Assembly: GCA_965201075.1 (NCBI GenBank)
Contig: CBDAVP010000014.1
Location: 62,001 to 126,000, forward strand
Length of the DNA stretch: 64,000 nt
Source of the DNA: Isosphaeraceae bacterium
Lineage (GTDB): Bacteria; Planctomycetota; Planctomycetia; Isosphaerales; Isosphaeraceae
Direction of reading: 5' to 3'
Positions 41,304 through 50,978 of the stretch are shown piece by piece (within the stretch, counting starts at the first letter, position 1; each line of letters opens with the position of its first letter). Under the pieces are notes generated by a model. The model worked only from the letters and a program-made list of their open reading frames with translations. It was not told where the DNA came from and made no database searches. The position numbers and the translations under genes were made by a program.

Positions 41304-42059
41304 ATGGCCCCGACCGCCGAAGAGGTCCTGGAGAGGCTTCGTGCCCTCGGGGGCCCCGAGGCAGCCGCCCTCGCCGCTCGCTATTTCAAGACCGGGCCCG
41401 GCCAGTACGGCGAGGGGGACGTCTTCCTGGGCATCCGGGTGCCCGTGCTGCGGAAGCTGGCACGAGAGTCTCGTGACCTGGACGACGGCGAGGTGCTCTC
41501 CCTGCTCCGCTCGGAGTATCACGAGGCCAGGCTCCTCGCCCTCCTGATCCTGGTGCTGGACTCCTCCGGGGGCGACCGGGCGGCGAAGCGGCGGGCCTAC
41601 GACCTCTACCTCGCCAACACCCAATTCGTGAACAACTGGGATCTCGTGGACGTTTCGGCCCGGGAGATCGTGGGCGGCTACCTGCACGACTTGGACCGGG
41701 GGCCGCTGCACCGGCTCGCCGGGTCCGAGAGCCTCTGGGAGCGGCGGATCGCCGTCGTCGCCACCCACTTCTTCATCGCCCGGCATGACTTCGCCGATAC
41801 GCTGAGGATCTCAGAAAAGCTGATGGCCGACACGCACGACCTGATCCACAAGGCGTCGGGCTGGATGTTGCGTGAGGTCGGCAAGCGGGATCGGGCGACC
41901 CTGGAAGGGTTCCTGGCCGCACACTGCCGGGTGATGCCCCGGACCATGCTGCGGTACGCCATCGAGCGGTTCGAGCCGGACATCCGGCTGGAATACCTGA
42001 AGGGGACCATCGCCGGGAGCATGACTGCTCGCCCAGGTTCGACGGGATCAAAGGGTTGA
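41304..42059 (+). CDS. DNA alkylation repair protein (AlkD-like)
   Basis: FKTGPGQYGEGD, NNWDLVD, HKASGWMLRE, PRTMLRYAIE. Confidence 0.88.
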   Translation: MAPTAEEVLERLRALGGPEAAALAARYFKTGPGQYGEGDVFLGIRVPVLRKLARESRDLDDGEVLSLLRSEYHEARLLALLILVLDSSGGDRAAKRRAYDLYLANTQFVNNWDLVDVSAREIVGGYLHDLDRGPLHRLAGSESLWERRIAVVATHFFIARHDFADTLRISEKLMADTHDLIHKASGWMLREVGKRDRATLEGFLAAHCRVMPRTMLRYAIERFEPDIRLEYLKGTIAGSMTARPGSTGSKG

Positions 42060-42089
42060 GATGGCCATGCACAACTGCGGAGATCGAGC

Positions 42090-42785
42090 GTGAAGGATGA
42101 CAAGGAAGTCCCGATCTTCGCCCCAGGCCCCACGCCAGACACCGTCCGAGCCCCCGACGGCACCGTCCTGACCGTGCCGGACGGCTGGATGCTCCTGCCG
42201 CCCGGAGATGCCGGGCTAACCAGGAGGGTGAAAGCCGCCGGGGACCACTTGGTCGTCAAGGAGATGGTGGGCCGGAGGGCGTTCTCCAGGGGCATCTGGG
42301 CGGCATCGGCGACCATCGACCGGGTCCGGGCCGACCTGGAGGCCGAGCGGTCCACCGAGGGTTATGCCAAGAAGCGGGAGTCGGCTGCCCGGCATCGTGA
42401 GAAGGTGCAGACCGAGTACGTCGAGGATTTCCACGGGGCGGTCCTGGCGTTCCTCGGCTTCCACCCCATCCACACCGACCTCGCCGGGAGGCTGGCCAGG
42501 GCTGTGACGGAGCATGCCACGCCGGTCGGCAGCGGCACGGTCGCCAGGACCGAGAGAATCCCCGTCGAACAGCGGGCGGAAGCCGCCGTGATCGCCTGGA
42601 TGCGTCATCAAACAACTGGCTACGACGGGATGGCGATCCCGAGGGGCAAGGGGAAGCGGCGAGAGGTCCGTCGGATGCTCGCCAGTCGCTCCCAGGAGTT
42701 GTTGCAGCGTTATCGCCGTGACGAGCCGGCCAGTGATGAGTGCCCTCTGAGGTTGGCCTTGGCGGTCAGGACTGAGGCGGGATGA
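42090..42785 (+). CDS. DUF2293 domain protein
   Basis: SGTVART, AVIAWMRHQTTGYD. Confidence 0.75.
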   Translation: MKDDKEVPIFAPGPTPDTVRAPDGTVLTVPDGWMLLPPGDAGLTRRVKAAGDHLVVKEMVGRRAFSRGIWAASATIDRVRADLEAERSTEGYAKKRESAARHREKVQTEYVEDFHGAVLAFLGFHPIHTDLAGRLARAVTEHATPVGSGTVARTERIPVEQRAEAAVIAWMRHQTTGYDGMAIPRGKGKRREVRRMLASRSQELLQRYRRDEPASDECPLRLALAVRTEAG

Positions 42786-42877
42786 TCGTGGGTGGAACGG
42801 TCGGCGGGGATGGCGCATGATGTCCGGCGGGTGTCTTGATGATCCCATCGGGAAGAAGGATTCAAAGGAGCGGGCCG

Positions 42878-43426
42878 ATGGCCAGGAAGAAGCACGACCC
42901 GAGCGAGGGGCCCTCGGTCCCGGCGACCGCCCGCCCCTCCCATGACGCCGTCGTGGCCCTGACCGACGCCTTCTGCCTTGAGCACCTCGATGGCGAGTAT
43001 GGTGCCTTGTGCCGCAAGCTGGCGGGGGTCCTGGCCCGCAAGCGGCCCACACCCCTGGCCCGGGGCAAGCCCGGGTCCTGGGCCAGCGGGATCGTGCGGG
43101 TCGTCGGCTGGGTGAACTTCCTGGGCGATCCGTCCCAGCCGCACCACATGAAGATGGCCGACATCGACGAGGGATTCGGCGTCTCGGAGGCCACCGGCTC
43201 GGCCAAGTCGATGGCGATCCGGGACCTGCTCGGGATCGATCGCCTCGACCCGGAATGGACCCTGCCGAGCCGGATGGACGACAATCCATTGATCTGGCTG
43301 CTGGAGGTCAACGGCCTGCTGACAGACATCCGCCTGTGCCCGAGGGGTGCCCAGGTGGTCGCCTTCGAGAAGGGCCTGATCCCCTACATCCCCGCCGACC
43401 GGCCGGGCGATCCCGCCGAGGAGTGA
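42878..43426 (+). CDS. DUF6398-like protein
   Basis: FCLEHLDGEY..LC, LARKRP.P, NFLGDPS. Confidence 0.65.
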   Translation: MARKKHDPSEGPSVPATARPSHDAVVALTDAFCLEHLDGEYGALCRKLAGVLARKRPTPLARGKPGSWASGIVRVVGWVNFLGDPSQPHHMKMADIDEGFGVSEATGSAKSMAIRDLLGIDRLDPEWTLPSRMDDNPLIWLLEVNGLLTDIRLCPRGAQVVAFEKGLIPYIPADRPGDPAEE

Positions 43427-43573
43427 TCCATCGGCCGCAGCGGGAGCGAGCAGGACATACCCCGCTCCGAGCCCGAGGACTGCATGGCGTCCATGCTCGC
43501 CCCATGGCCGACCGGGCGGCGATCGGCGTGGTGTGCCGGAGTTCCCGGGCGAATTGGCACCGGAGTCGTGACC

Positions 43574-44050
43574 ATGGCGACCATCGAGAAGGCGATCCAG
43601 ATCGCCGCCCGGGCCCACGAGGGCCAATTGGACAAGCAGGGCCTACCCTACATCCTGCATCCTCTGCGGGTCATGGACGGCGTGGAGGGCCTGGACGCCA
43701 AGATCGTCGCCGTCCTCCATGACGTGCCGGAGGACACCGAGGTCACGATCGACGACCTGGGGCGGGAGGGGTTCTCGGCCGAGGTCCTCGACGCCGTCCG
43801 GTGCGTCACCCACGCCGAGGGCGAGAGTTACGCCGATTACGTGGCCCGCTGCCATGCCAACCCGGTCGCCCGGCGGGTCAAGCTGTCCGACCTCGCCGAC
43901 AACACCCGGCTGTCCCGGACGATCGTCCGGCCCCTGGCCCTCGGGAGGGACACGGCCCGCTACGCCAAGTACCTGCTCTCCCACTCGTTCCTGACTGGCC
44001 AGATCACCGAGGAGCAGTACCGCTCGGCGATGCCGGAATTCGAAGGCTGA
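43574..44050 (+). CDS. Stand-alone HD hydrolase (SpoT/Mesh1-like)
   Basis: AHEGQLDK.G.PYILHP, LHDVPEDT, VKLSDLADN. Confidence 0.85.
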   Translation: MATIEKAIQIAARAHEGQLDKQGLPYILHPLRVMDGVEGLDAKIVAVLHDVPEDTEVTIDDLGREGFSAEVLDAVRCVTHAEGESYADYVARCHANPVARRVKLSDLADNTRLSRTIVRPLALGRDTARYAKYLLSHSFLTGQITEEQYRSAMPEFEG

Positions 44051-44077
44051 TCGAGTCGGCAGGGAGGGGACACGGAC

Positions 44078-44420
44078 AAGGTCGAGGCGATCGTCGAGGC
44101 GGCGAGCTACGTGGACGACCTGGAGGCCGATGAGGCGTGCTACCGGGGCGTGCCATGCCTGGGGGTCATCCGCAAGTAGCCAGGTCGACATGTCATCTCC
44201 CGGGTCAGGGGTGGCGTCCTCCTGGCCGATGACCCCGAGACCACCTTCAAGGAGCGATGCTTCCCCCGCATGAGGCCGTAGGCACGGGCCACTTCGTACT
44301 CGGCATGCGTGCCAAGCCCTTGGATGGCTGGCGGTTGCGGCTCGAAGGAAGAGCGGTGGCCGTCGAGAAGGAGGTGACGTGGCCCAGGAGCGGCGGATCG
44401 GTCCCCTAGCCGTAGGGCTT
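44078..44420 (+). pseudogene. Decayed VOC/glyoxalase gene
   Basis: EAIVEAASYVDDLEA...; colinear with the intact VOC domain at 60135-60537 but with stops and indels. Confidence 0.7.
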
Positions 44421-45122
44421 CCGGCTGATCTCCTCGGTGGAGACGAACGCCCGCAACGCCTCGGGGCCGACCTCCTCCGGCACTCCGGCCGCCAGCATGA
44501 CGGAGTTCACGACCCGCCGCTGCGACTCGTCGGGGTCGGGGACCTCGGCCTTGTGGAGCACGCCCAGCGGGTTTGTCCTGGCATCGGTGTAAGGCAACGA
44601 CGAGTTGTTGATCAGCAGGATGCGGCTGTGCCCCTCGGCAGGTTCCGGTAGCTCTGTCACGTACCCGGCCAGCGACTCCTCGCCCCGGCGATACATCGGG
44701 TTGTAGTCGTCCAGGAACCGCTGCGGCGTGAGGCCCCGCTCGTAGGCACAGCGGGCGTAGTCGGCCAGCGAGAGGCGGCTGCGGACCTCCGAGGGCTCGT
44801 ATCCCAGCATGAGCAGCGACCGGGCGGGGGCGCCGTCCAGGTGAAACTTGGTCGTCTCCTGCTGGTCGAACCGCACCATCGATCGGGCGGCGAACGGCTC
44901 GCCACCCCGGCGGACAGCGACCTCGTCCAGACGCTCCTTGAGATCGAGCATCAAGGATCGCAGGCCATGCGAGTCCACGTCCGGGCCGAGGTCGAGCAGG
45001 CAGAAGCCCGGGGCCGAGAAGTCGGACCGCCAGGCCGCATCGAAGGCCCGCTCGGCCCTGGCGGCGAGGAGCCTGGCCGGCGCCTCGGAGAGATCGAGGA
45101 GATAGTCCTGGGCCGCCCTCAT
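44406..45122 (-). CDS. Hypothetical protein
   Basis: 238 aa; FHLDG and LHKA suggest a possible double-stranded beta-helix fold. Confidence 0.65.
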   Translation of the reverse strand: MRAAQDYLLDLSEAPARLLAARAERAFDAAWRSDFSAPGFCLLDLGPDVDSHGLRSLMLDLKERLDEVAVRRGGEPFAARSMVRFDQQETTKFHLDGAPARSLLMLGYEPSEVRSRLSLADYARCAYERGLTPQRFLDDYNPMYRRGEESLAGYVTELPEPAEGHSRILLINNSSLPYTDARTNPLGVLHKAEVPDPDESQRRVVNSVMLAAGVPEEVGPEALRAFVSTEEISRKPYG

Positions 45123-46030
45123 GGTCGCTCCCGCACCAGCGGCTCACGGGCCGCCAACCAGCTTCCCGGGATCGCCCCCCGTCCGGTGGCCAGCACGACG
45201 ATGCCGCCGACGATCGCACAGTTGGTGTCATTGTCGCCGCCCGCCGAGGCGGTGGTCCAGAGGGCCTCGGCGTAGTCGTCGATGTGCCTGGCGGCGCACC
45301 AGAGGGCAAATGGAACGGTGTCCGGGGCCGTGATCCGGCTGCCGTTGCCCAGGGCCGCAACCGCATCCTCGACGGGGGCGTCGAGGCCCAGCGACGACGC
45401 CCTCTCCAACCCCGCCCGGGTCTCCCCGTCGGGGGTGTGGGCCAGGGCCAGGGCGATCAGGTCTCGGCCGGGTCGGGGCCGGGGGAGATTGCGGGCCTGC
45501 CATGCCCAGGCCGCCGCAACCGCCACGGCGACGGCCCCCGCCTGGCCCTCGGGGTGGGCGTGCGTCACCTCGGCCGAGGCCCTCGCTTGGCGGACCAGTT
45601 CGTCCAGGTCGTCGGCGAAGTAGGCGCCCAGGGGGGCCACCCGCATCGCCCCGCCGTTGCCCATCGAGCCGGCGCCGCCGAAGATCGACCGGGCCGAGGC
45701 GTGCCAGGGCTCGCCCCCGGCGATCCCTTCCAGCACTCGCCGCACCGAGAGGCCGTACCCCCGGTAGGGATCGGCCTCGTAACGCCGGGCGAACGAGAGC
45801 GCCAGTTCCTCCCGGTCGATCCCCAGGTCACGGCCCAGGGCCTCGACGATGGCCAAAGCCATCTCGGTGTCGTCGGAGTATCGCCAGACCGGCGGGGGGA
45901 CGGCCCGGTCCCGGCCCGGCGGGGCGAAGAACTTGCCCCCGAACGCATCGCCGACGGACAGGCCCTCCAGGGAGAGGAGGGCTCGCCCGAGGCGATCTTC
46001 GTGCAGGGATGGCCGGCTCGGGATGTCCAT
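45119..46030 (-). CDS. ADP-ribosylglycohydrolase
   Basis: VGDAFG, YSDDTEM, GNGGAMR, VTHAH, GGDNDTN. Confidence 0.92.
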   Translation of the reverse strand: MDIPSRPSLHEDRLGRALLSLEGLSVGDAFGGKFFAPPGRDRAVPPPVWRYSDDTEMALAIVEALGRDLGIDREELALSFARRYEADPYRGYGLSVRRVLEGIAGGEPWHASARSIFGGAGSMGNGGAMRVAPLGAYFADDLDELVRQARASAEVTHAHPEGQAGAVAVAVAAAWAWQARNLPRPRPGRDLIALALAHTPDGETRAGLERASSLGLDAPVEDAVAALGNGSRITAPDTVPFALWCAARHIDDYAEALWTTASAGGDNDTNCAIVGGIVVLATGRGAIPGSWLAAREPLVRERP

Positions 46031-46067
46031 GCCGGCCGATCCTACCAGCTTCTCGCCGCCGGGGCAG

Positions 46068-47315
46068 TCACCCCGTCACGAGGACTCCTCCGCTCCAGAA
46101 CCCGAGCTTGAGCCCCTCGGATTCTGCCCACCGCCTCATCACGCCGAGCGCCTTCTCGTTCGGCGGGGCGTTGCCCCGGCGTCGGGCCTGCCGGATCGTC
46201 CGGGTGGCCGGGTCCACCTCGATCGTCATCACCCGGAACCGACGCCCAGCATCCTCGATCCGCATTGACCAGATCGAGGTCGCCCGGCGGTAGCAGTCCC
46301 CGGCGTAGGTTGCCACGCAATGCCGCATCGCCACCCCCTCCCGCCGGAGTTCTTCGCCCCGGGTCAATTCCCGGATCGTCCAGCACCTCGGGCAGTCTGT
46401 GTCATCCGACTCGGCCCGGCGAAAGGCCCCGATCCCCGTGGGTGGCCACCTGAGCGAGGCGAGCTTCCTTGGCCCCTTCGGCCGGCGCCGCCACTCGCCG
46501 ACCTGCCGGAGCAACGCCCTCGGCGTCCGGCCCTTCATCGACAGGTCCGGCTGTGGCGGGCCGAGGGCCAGCAACTCATCGTCGTCCGCCAGCACCTCCT
46601 CGGGGACGAACTTCCGGTGTTGGAGGTATTCGACGACCGGGCCGACCTGGGCGAGGTGGATTTCCGGGTGGGCTACGAGGAACAGCACGACGGTCGCCCA
46701 GAAGTCCTCGGCCTCGAACGAGCGCCCCAGCCGGGTCGAGGCGACCGCCCGGGCCAGGTCGGCGGATCCGCCGAGCCCCCTGACCTGGCCCCACCGCAAC
46801 GCCCCTCCCACCGAGGAGTGGTCGGGTGCCCGGAGGAAGTGGTGGGCCATCCGCTTCGTGTAGGGCAACGGCAGGTCGGCGTGGCGGATGTTCTGGCCGG
46901 CCCCGACCTGCATGTACCAGCCCCGGTGACGCCACGCCTCGTCGGAGGATTCCCGGGGCCATGCCGACGCCAGGAAGGCGGGGACGGGATAGGCCGCCAG
47001 GAGGTGGCCGACCAGGGAGGCGAACTGCGGCCGGAGGCCCTCCCCGGCGGGCTCCCAGCCCTCGACCGGCCGGAGCCAGTGGCAGGTGGCCAGGGCGAGG
47101 AGGCCGGCGAGCACCTCGTCGTGTCCGTCCCGGTCGGATCGGCCGATGCTCGCCCGGGGGCGGAGGAGGCCGGAGCGCAGGCGGACCGACCGGAGCAACC
47201 GCCCGAAGGCGGCCGTGGTGGCGGAGTGCGGGCCGGGGATGCTGGCGAACGCCTCCCGGATGGCCCGGTCGAGGGCGACCTTCGCCCCGGCCTTTCGTCG
47301 TGTGAGCGGGTTCAT
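46068..47315 (-). CDS. PcfJ domain protein
   Basis: EL..EG.AMRHCVATY...SIWSM...TIEV...QAR..N. Confidence 0.82.
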   Translation of the reverse strand: MNPLTRRKAGAKVALDRAIREAFASIPGPHSATTAAFGRLLRSVRLRSGLLRPRASIGRSDRDGHDEVLAGLLALATCHWLRPVEGWEPAGEGLRPQFASLVGHLLAAYPVPAFLASAWPRESSDEAWRHRGWYMQVGAGQNIRHADLPLPYTKRMAHHFLRAPDHSSVGGALRWGQVRGLGGSADLARAVASTRLGRSFEAEDFWATVVLFLVAHPEIHLAQVGPVVEYLQHRKFVPEEVLADDDELLALGPPQPDLSMKGRTPRALLRQVGEWRRRPKGPRKLASLRWPPTGIGAFRRAESDDTDCPRCWTIRELTRGEELRREGVAMRHCVATYAGDCYRRATSIWSMRIEDAGRRFRVMTIEVDPATRTIRQARRRGNAPPNEKALGVMRRWAESEGLKLGFWSGGVLVTG

Positions 47316-47411
47316 GGGATCGGCTCCTTCGGGGCGTGGAGGGGCAACCGTGCGGGGAGGCGACGATCCCCCTCACGGCGGCGTGGTCCGTCCCGGGCCG
47401 ACCCCGGCCCT

Positions 47412-47477
47412 TCAGGTGCCGAACCGGGCGTGGCTGGCGGGTGTCGTCGAAGATGCAGCGGTGAGGTGGGTCATCAT
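47412..47477 (-). CDS. Putative leader peptide upstream of the PcfJ gene
   Basis: GGAGG-7nt-ATG; MMTHLTAASSTTPASHARFGT*; followed by a GC-rich hairpin. Confidence 0.45.
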   Translation of the reverse strand: MMTHLTAASSTTPASHARFGT

Positions 47478-47573
47478 TGTCGGGCCTCCGAATGCGGGGC
47501 ATCATGGCCTCTCGGCGATGGACAGGGCCGCCGGCGATGAGGTTCGTTGTCCGGCCACGAGGGGGGGTGGGAC

Positions 47574-48122
47574 ATGGGGCCGGGGAGACCGATCCTCCTG
47601 ATCCTGGACCTCGACGAGACGCTCATCCACGCCACCGAGGAGCCGCTCGGGCGATCGCATGACTTCGTGGTCGGCCCGTACTTCGTCCACCGACGTCCGC
47701 ACCTGGCCGAGTTCCTGGCGTCGTGCTCGGCCAGCTTCCGCCTGGCGGTCTGGTCCTCGGCGAGCGACGACTACGTGCGGGAGGTCGTCGGCCGGATCAT
47801 GCTCCCGGGGATTGACCTCGCCTTCGCCTGGGGCCGCAGCCGGTGCGTCCGGCGTTTCGACCCCGAGTCCTTCGAGGTGCACCACCTGAAGGATCTGAAG
47901 AAGATCCGGCGCTCGGGCTACGGCCTGGAACGGGTGCTGATCGCCGACGACACGCCCCGCAAGGTCCGTCGGCACTATGGCAACGCCGTCTATGTCCCGC
48001 CCTACTTCGGAGATCCCGAGGACGAGATCCTGCCCCGGCTGGCGAGCTATTTGTTGTCGTTGCGGTCCGAGGCGAACGTGCGGACCGTGGAGAAGCGGGG
48101 CTGGTTGACCGGAGTGAGATGA
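47574..48122 (+). CDS. NIF/FCP1-like HAD phosphatase
   Basis: LDLDETLIH, RPHL.EFL, KDL, DDTP.K. Confidence 0.88.
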   Translation: MGPGRPILLILDLDETLIHATEEPLGRSHDFVVGPYFVHRRPHLAEFLASCSASFRLAVWSSASDDYVREVVGRIMLPGIDLAFAWGRSRCVRRFDPESFEVHHLKDLKKIRRSGYGLERVLIADDTPRKVRRHYGNAVYVPPYFGDPEDEILPRLASYLLSLRSEANVRTVEKRGWLTGVR

Positions 48123-48141
48123 ACGAGTCCGAGGGAAGCCG

Positions 48142-48885
48142 ATGCCGATCCTGATCCTCTCGCCCCGCTATTCCGACGACTCGATCAAGCTGCGGCGGGC
48201 GGCGGTCGCCCTCGGCTGGGACGTGATGCGACTCGCAAGTTGGCGGTGCCCCGACGACTTCGAGCCCGAGGAGCCCGTCCTCTACGCCGAGCCGCTGTTT
48301 AACGAGGCCGTCGCCCAGGAGTTGGGCCTCATGGTGGTCGAGCCGCCCGAAGACTTCCTCGTCCGCCTGCCGCCGGAGTACGTCCAGCGTAAGGTACGTC
48401 TGATGACCGCCGCCGAGGCCCGCTCGCTCCCGGGCCCGGTGTTCCTCAAGCCGCCCAACCGCAAGACCTTCCCGGCGAAGGTCTATGCCTCCGGTGCTGA
48501 CCTGCCCGAGATGCCGGACGATGACCCGGTGCTGGCCTCCGAGCCCGTCGAATGGCTTGCCGAGTTCCGCTTCTTCGTCCGGGACCGCCGGATCCACGCC
48601 TGGTCGCCGTACTGGCTCCACGGGGCCTTGGCCCGACGGGGTGACGATTGGGTCATGGAGCCGGAGATGGCTGCGGCGACGAGGGGTTTGGTGTACCGTC
48701 TGCTCGCCGATCTTCGGGTCGAACTCCCGGTCGCCCTGGTCATTGACGCCGGGGTCGTCAAGGGCGTCGGACCGGCGATTGTCGAGGCTAATGAGGCGTC
48801 CGGGGCGGGTATTTACGGCTGCGACCCCCGTGACGTCCTGGAGGTCCTGCGGGCGGCGACCGGCCGGGCGAACGTGAGGACTTGA
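48142..48885 (+). CDS. ATP-grasp protein (DUF4343/R2K-like)
   Basis: FLKP..K.F.AKVY, EFRFFV, VIDAG, VEAN..SG.GIYGCDP. Confidence 0.8.
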   Translation: MPILILSPRYSDDSIKLRRAAVALGWDVMRLASWRCPDDFEPEEPVLYAEPLFNEAVAQELGLMVVEPPEDFLVRLPPEYVQRKVRLMTAAEARSLPGPVFLKPPNRKTFPAKVYASGADLPEMPDDDPVLASEPVEWLAEFRFFVRDRRIHAWSPYWLHGALARRGDDWVMEPEMAAATRGLVYRLLADLRVELPVALVIDAGVVKGVGPAIVEANEASGAGIYGCDPRDVLEVLRAATGRANVRT

Positions 48886-48967
48886 GGGGTCGCAGGACGG
48901 CGAAGCTACCGGAGGCCCATAGGTTGATGCCGAGGGGACGGTCATGGTACATCGGCATGTGCCCGGC

Positions 48968-49041
48968 GGGGCCGTAGCTCAGCGGTAGAGCAGCCCGCCT
49001 GCAAGGCGGGGAGGCGGTCGGTTCGACCCCGACCGGCCCCG
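48968..49041 (+). tRNA. Atypical tRNA-like gene, anticodon GCA
   Basis: Acceptor GGGGCCG/CGGCCCC, D stem GCTC/GAGC, anticodon arm CCCGC-CTGCAAG-GCGGG, T arm GTCGG-TTCGACC-CCGAC; no encoded CCA. Confidence 0.8.
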
Positions 49042-49101
49042 CCGGGACCCGAAAAGACTGGCAACCGGCTTGGGCGGGGGCCACAATGGCCCCCGCCCGG
49101 C

Positions 49102-49175
49102 GGGGCCGTAGCTCAGCGGTAGAGCGGCCTGACTCCAGATCAGGACGGCGGTCGGTTCGACCCCGACCGGCCCCG
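49102..49175 (+). tRNA. Atypical tRNA-like gene, anticodon CCA
   Basis: Same body as 48968-49041; anticodon arm CCTGA-CTCCAGA-TCAGG. Confidence 0.8.
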
Positions 49176-49183
49176 CCGGGACC

Positions 49184-50614
49184 GTGGCGACATCCGAGAG
49201 GGGTGGCGAGGTGCCCGGCGACGGCGAGCGGCCCTTCGGTCAGGACGACTGGGAAGCGTGCCTGAGGGTCCTGGAGGCCTTGGGCGACCGCCCCGAAGCG
49301 GCCCCCGACCCGGAACGGATCGAACGCCTGGTCGCCCGGCTCTACCGGGCGGCCCGCAGGGGCCGTCGCAAGGTCTCCGCCCGGGCCCGGCAGGACGCCG
49401 ACCGGGCGACGATCGAACGGACCGGGCGTGTGAGCGCCGCCCCCTCGCCGGGGGGGACGCCTGCCGAACCCGCCGGCGACACGCCGTTCGTCAAGCGACT
49501 CAGATCGAGGTCCCGTCGCTGCTACACCTGCAAGGGGCGATACCGGGAGGTCCACCATCACTACCATCTCCTCTGCCCGCCGTGCGCCCGGCTGAACTGG
49601 GAGAAGCGGGTCCAGAGGGCGGACCTGTCCGGGCGGCGTGCGGTCGTTACTGGCGGGAGGATCAAGATCGGCTACCAGGCGGCATTGAGGCTCCTCCGGG
49701 ACGGGGCCGAGGTCCTGGTCACGACCCGCTACCCGGCCGAGGCCGCCCTCCGCTACGCCGGGGAGCCGGACTTCGCCGCCTGGGAGGGCCGGCTGAGGAT
49801 CGAGCGGCTAGACTTTCTCGCCCCGGCTTCGGTCGTGGCGTTCGCCGACGCCCTCCTGTCCGAGCTTCCGGCCCTCGACATCCTCATCAACAACGCCGCC
49901 CAGACGATCCGCCGGACGCCCGGCCACTTCGCCAGTGCCGAGGCCCTGGAGCGGTTGCCCTTCGACGCACTGCCGGCGAACATCCGGCCGCTCCTCCGTG
50001 TCGATACCTTGGCGGGGCCTCCCTTGCTCCCGGGCCTGCCCGATCCTGCGAGCGGCCGGCATGCGGAGTTGCCCGACTTCGGGACGATCCCGGCCCTGAT
50101 CGAAGGCCCCGATGAGCCGCCGGACCTGCGGGAGTCGAATAGCTGGTCCGCCCGGATCGCCGACGTGGGGCCGGTCGAATTGCTGGAGGTCCTCCTGGTC
50201 AACGCCGCCGCCCCGTTCCTGCTGATCGGGCGGCTCAAGCCGCTCCTGCTGAAGTCTGCGTTCCCCGACCGCTACGTGGTGAACGTGGCCGGGCTCGACG
50301 GGCAGTTCGGGCGGGCGTTCAAGACCGACCGCCACCCGCACGTCAACATGAGCAAGGCGGCCCTGAACATGCTGACCCGGACCTCGGCCGCCGACTACGC
50401 CCGTGACGGCATCTTCATGAACAGCGTGGACGTCGGATGGATCACGCACGAAGGGGCCTACTCCGCCAGGGTGCGGATGCGGGCGCAGGGGTTCGTCCCG
50501 CCGCTCGACGAGGTGGACGGGGCGGCCCGGATCTACGACCCGATCGTGCGGGGCCTGGGCGGCGACGGGGACTTCGGGGCATTTTACAAGGACTACCGCC
50601 CCACGGCCTGGTGA
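49184..50614 (+). CDS. SDR oxidoreductase with N-terminal Zn-binding motif
   Basis: CYTC...CPPC, VTGGRIKIG, NNAAQT, NMSKAALNM. Confidence 0.85.
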   Translation: MATSERGGEVPGDGERPFGQDDWEACLRVLEALGDRPEAAPDPERIERLVARLYRAARRGRRKVSARARQDADRATIERTGRVSAAPSPGGTPAEPAGDTPFVKRLRSRSRRCYTCKGRYREVHHHYHLLCPPCARLNWEKRVQRADLSGRRAVVTGGRIKIGYQAALRLLRDGAEVLVTTRYPAEAALRYAGEPDFAAWEGRLRIERLDFLAPASVVAFADALLSELPALDILINNAAQTIRRTPGHFASAEALERLPFDALPANIRPLLRVDTLAGPPLLPGLPDPASGRHAELPDFGTIPALIEGPDEPPDLRESNSWSARIADVGPVELLEVLLVNAAAPFLLIGRLKPLLLKSAFPDRYVVNVAGLDGQFGRAFKTDRHPHVNMSKAALNMLTRTSAADYARDGIFMNSVDVGWITHEGAYSARVRMRAQGFVPPLDEVDGAARIYDPIVRGLGGDGDFGAFYKDYRPTAW

Positions 50615-50646
50615 GCCCCGGGGACGGGGCCGAAGGAGGTGCGACG

Positions 50647-50955
50647 ATGTGGCGGCAAGGGGACGTGCTGATCGAGCGGGTGGGGGCGATCCCGGCGTCG
50701 GCCCGGCGACTCAGGAGGCCGGTTCTGGCCTCGGGCGATTCCACGGGGCAGCGTCACCAAATCAGGGACCGGAGGGCGGCCCGGCTGTTGTCCTCGGGGG
50801 AGGGCGGGGCGACGCAGCTTTACCTGGAGGTCCTCGCCGAGGAGGCCGGCGTGGTCCATCCCGAGCACGGCGAGATAGTCCTGCCCAGGGGCTCGTACCG
50901 GGTCTGGCGGCAACGGGAGTTCGACGACCCGGGCCCTCGGCTCGTGGCCGACTGA
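50647..50955 (+). CDS. Conserved RQGD-motif small protein
   Basis: MWRQGDV...H...VHPEH..I.LP.G.YRV.RQREF; GGAGG RBS. Confidence 0.75.
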   Translation: MWRQGDVLIERVGAIPASARRLRRPVLASGDSTGQRHQIRDRRAARLLSSGEGGATQLYLEVLAEEAGVVHPEHGEIVLPRGSYRVWRQREFDDPGPRLVAD

Positions 50956-50978
50956 GTGGCGGAGCGATCGCAATCGTC

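Noticed and set aside
48968..49041. tRNA-Ala(TGC)
   Set aside because: Placing TGC as anticodon breaks the stem, and G3:U70 is absent.
48961..49183. CRISPR array or YrlA-type Y RNA
   Set aside because: Only two units with a full cloverleaf and no cas genes; topology is a standard tRNA and no Ro/TROVE gene is in the window.
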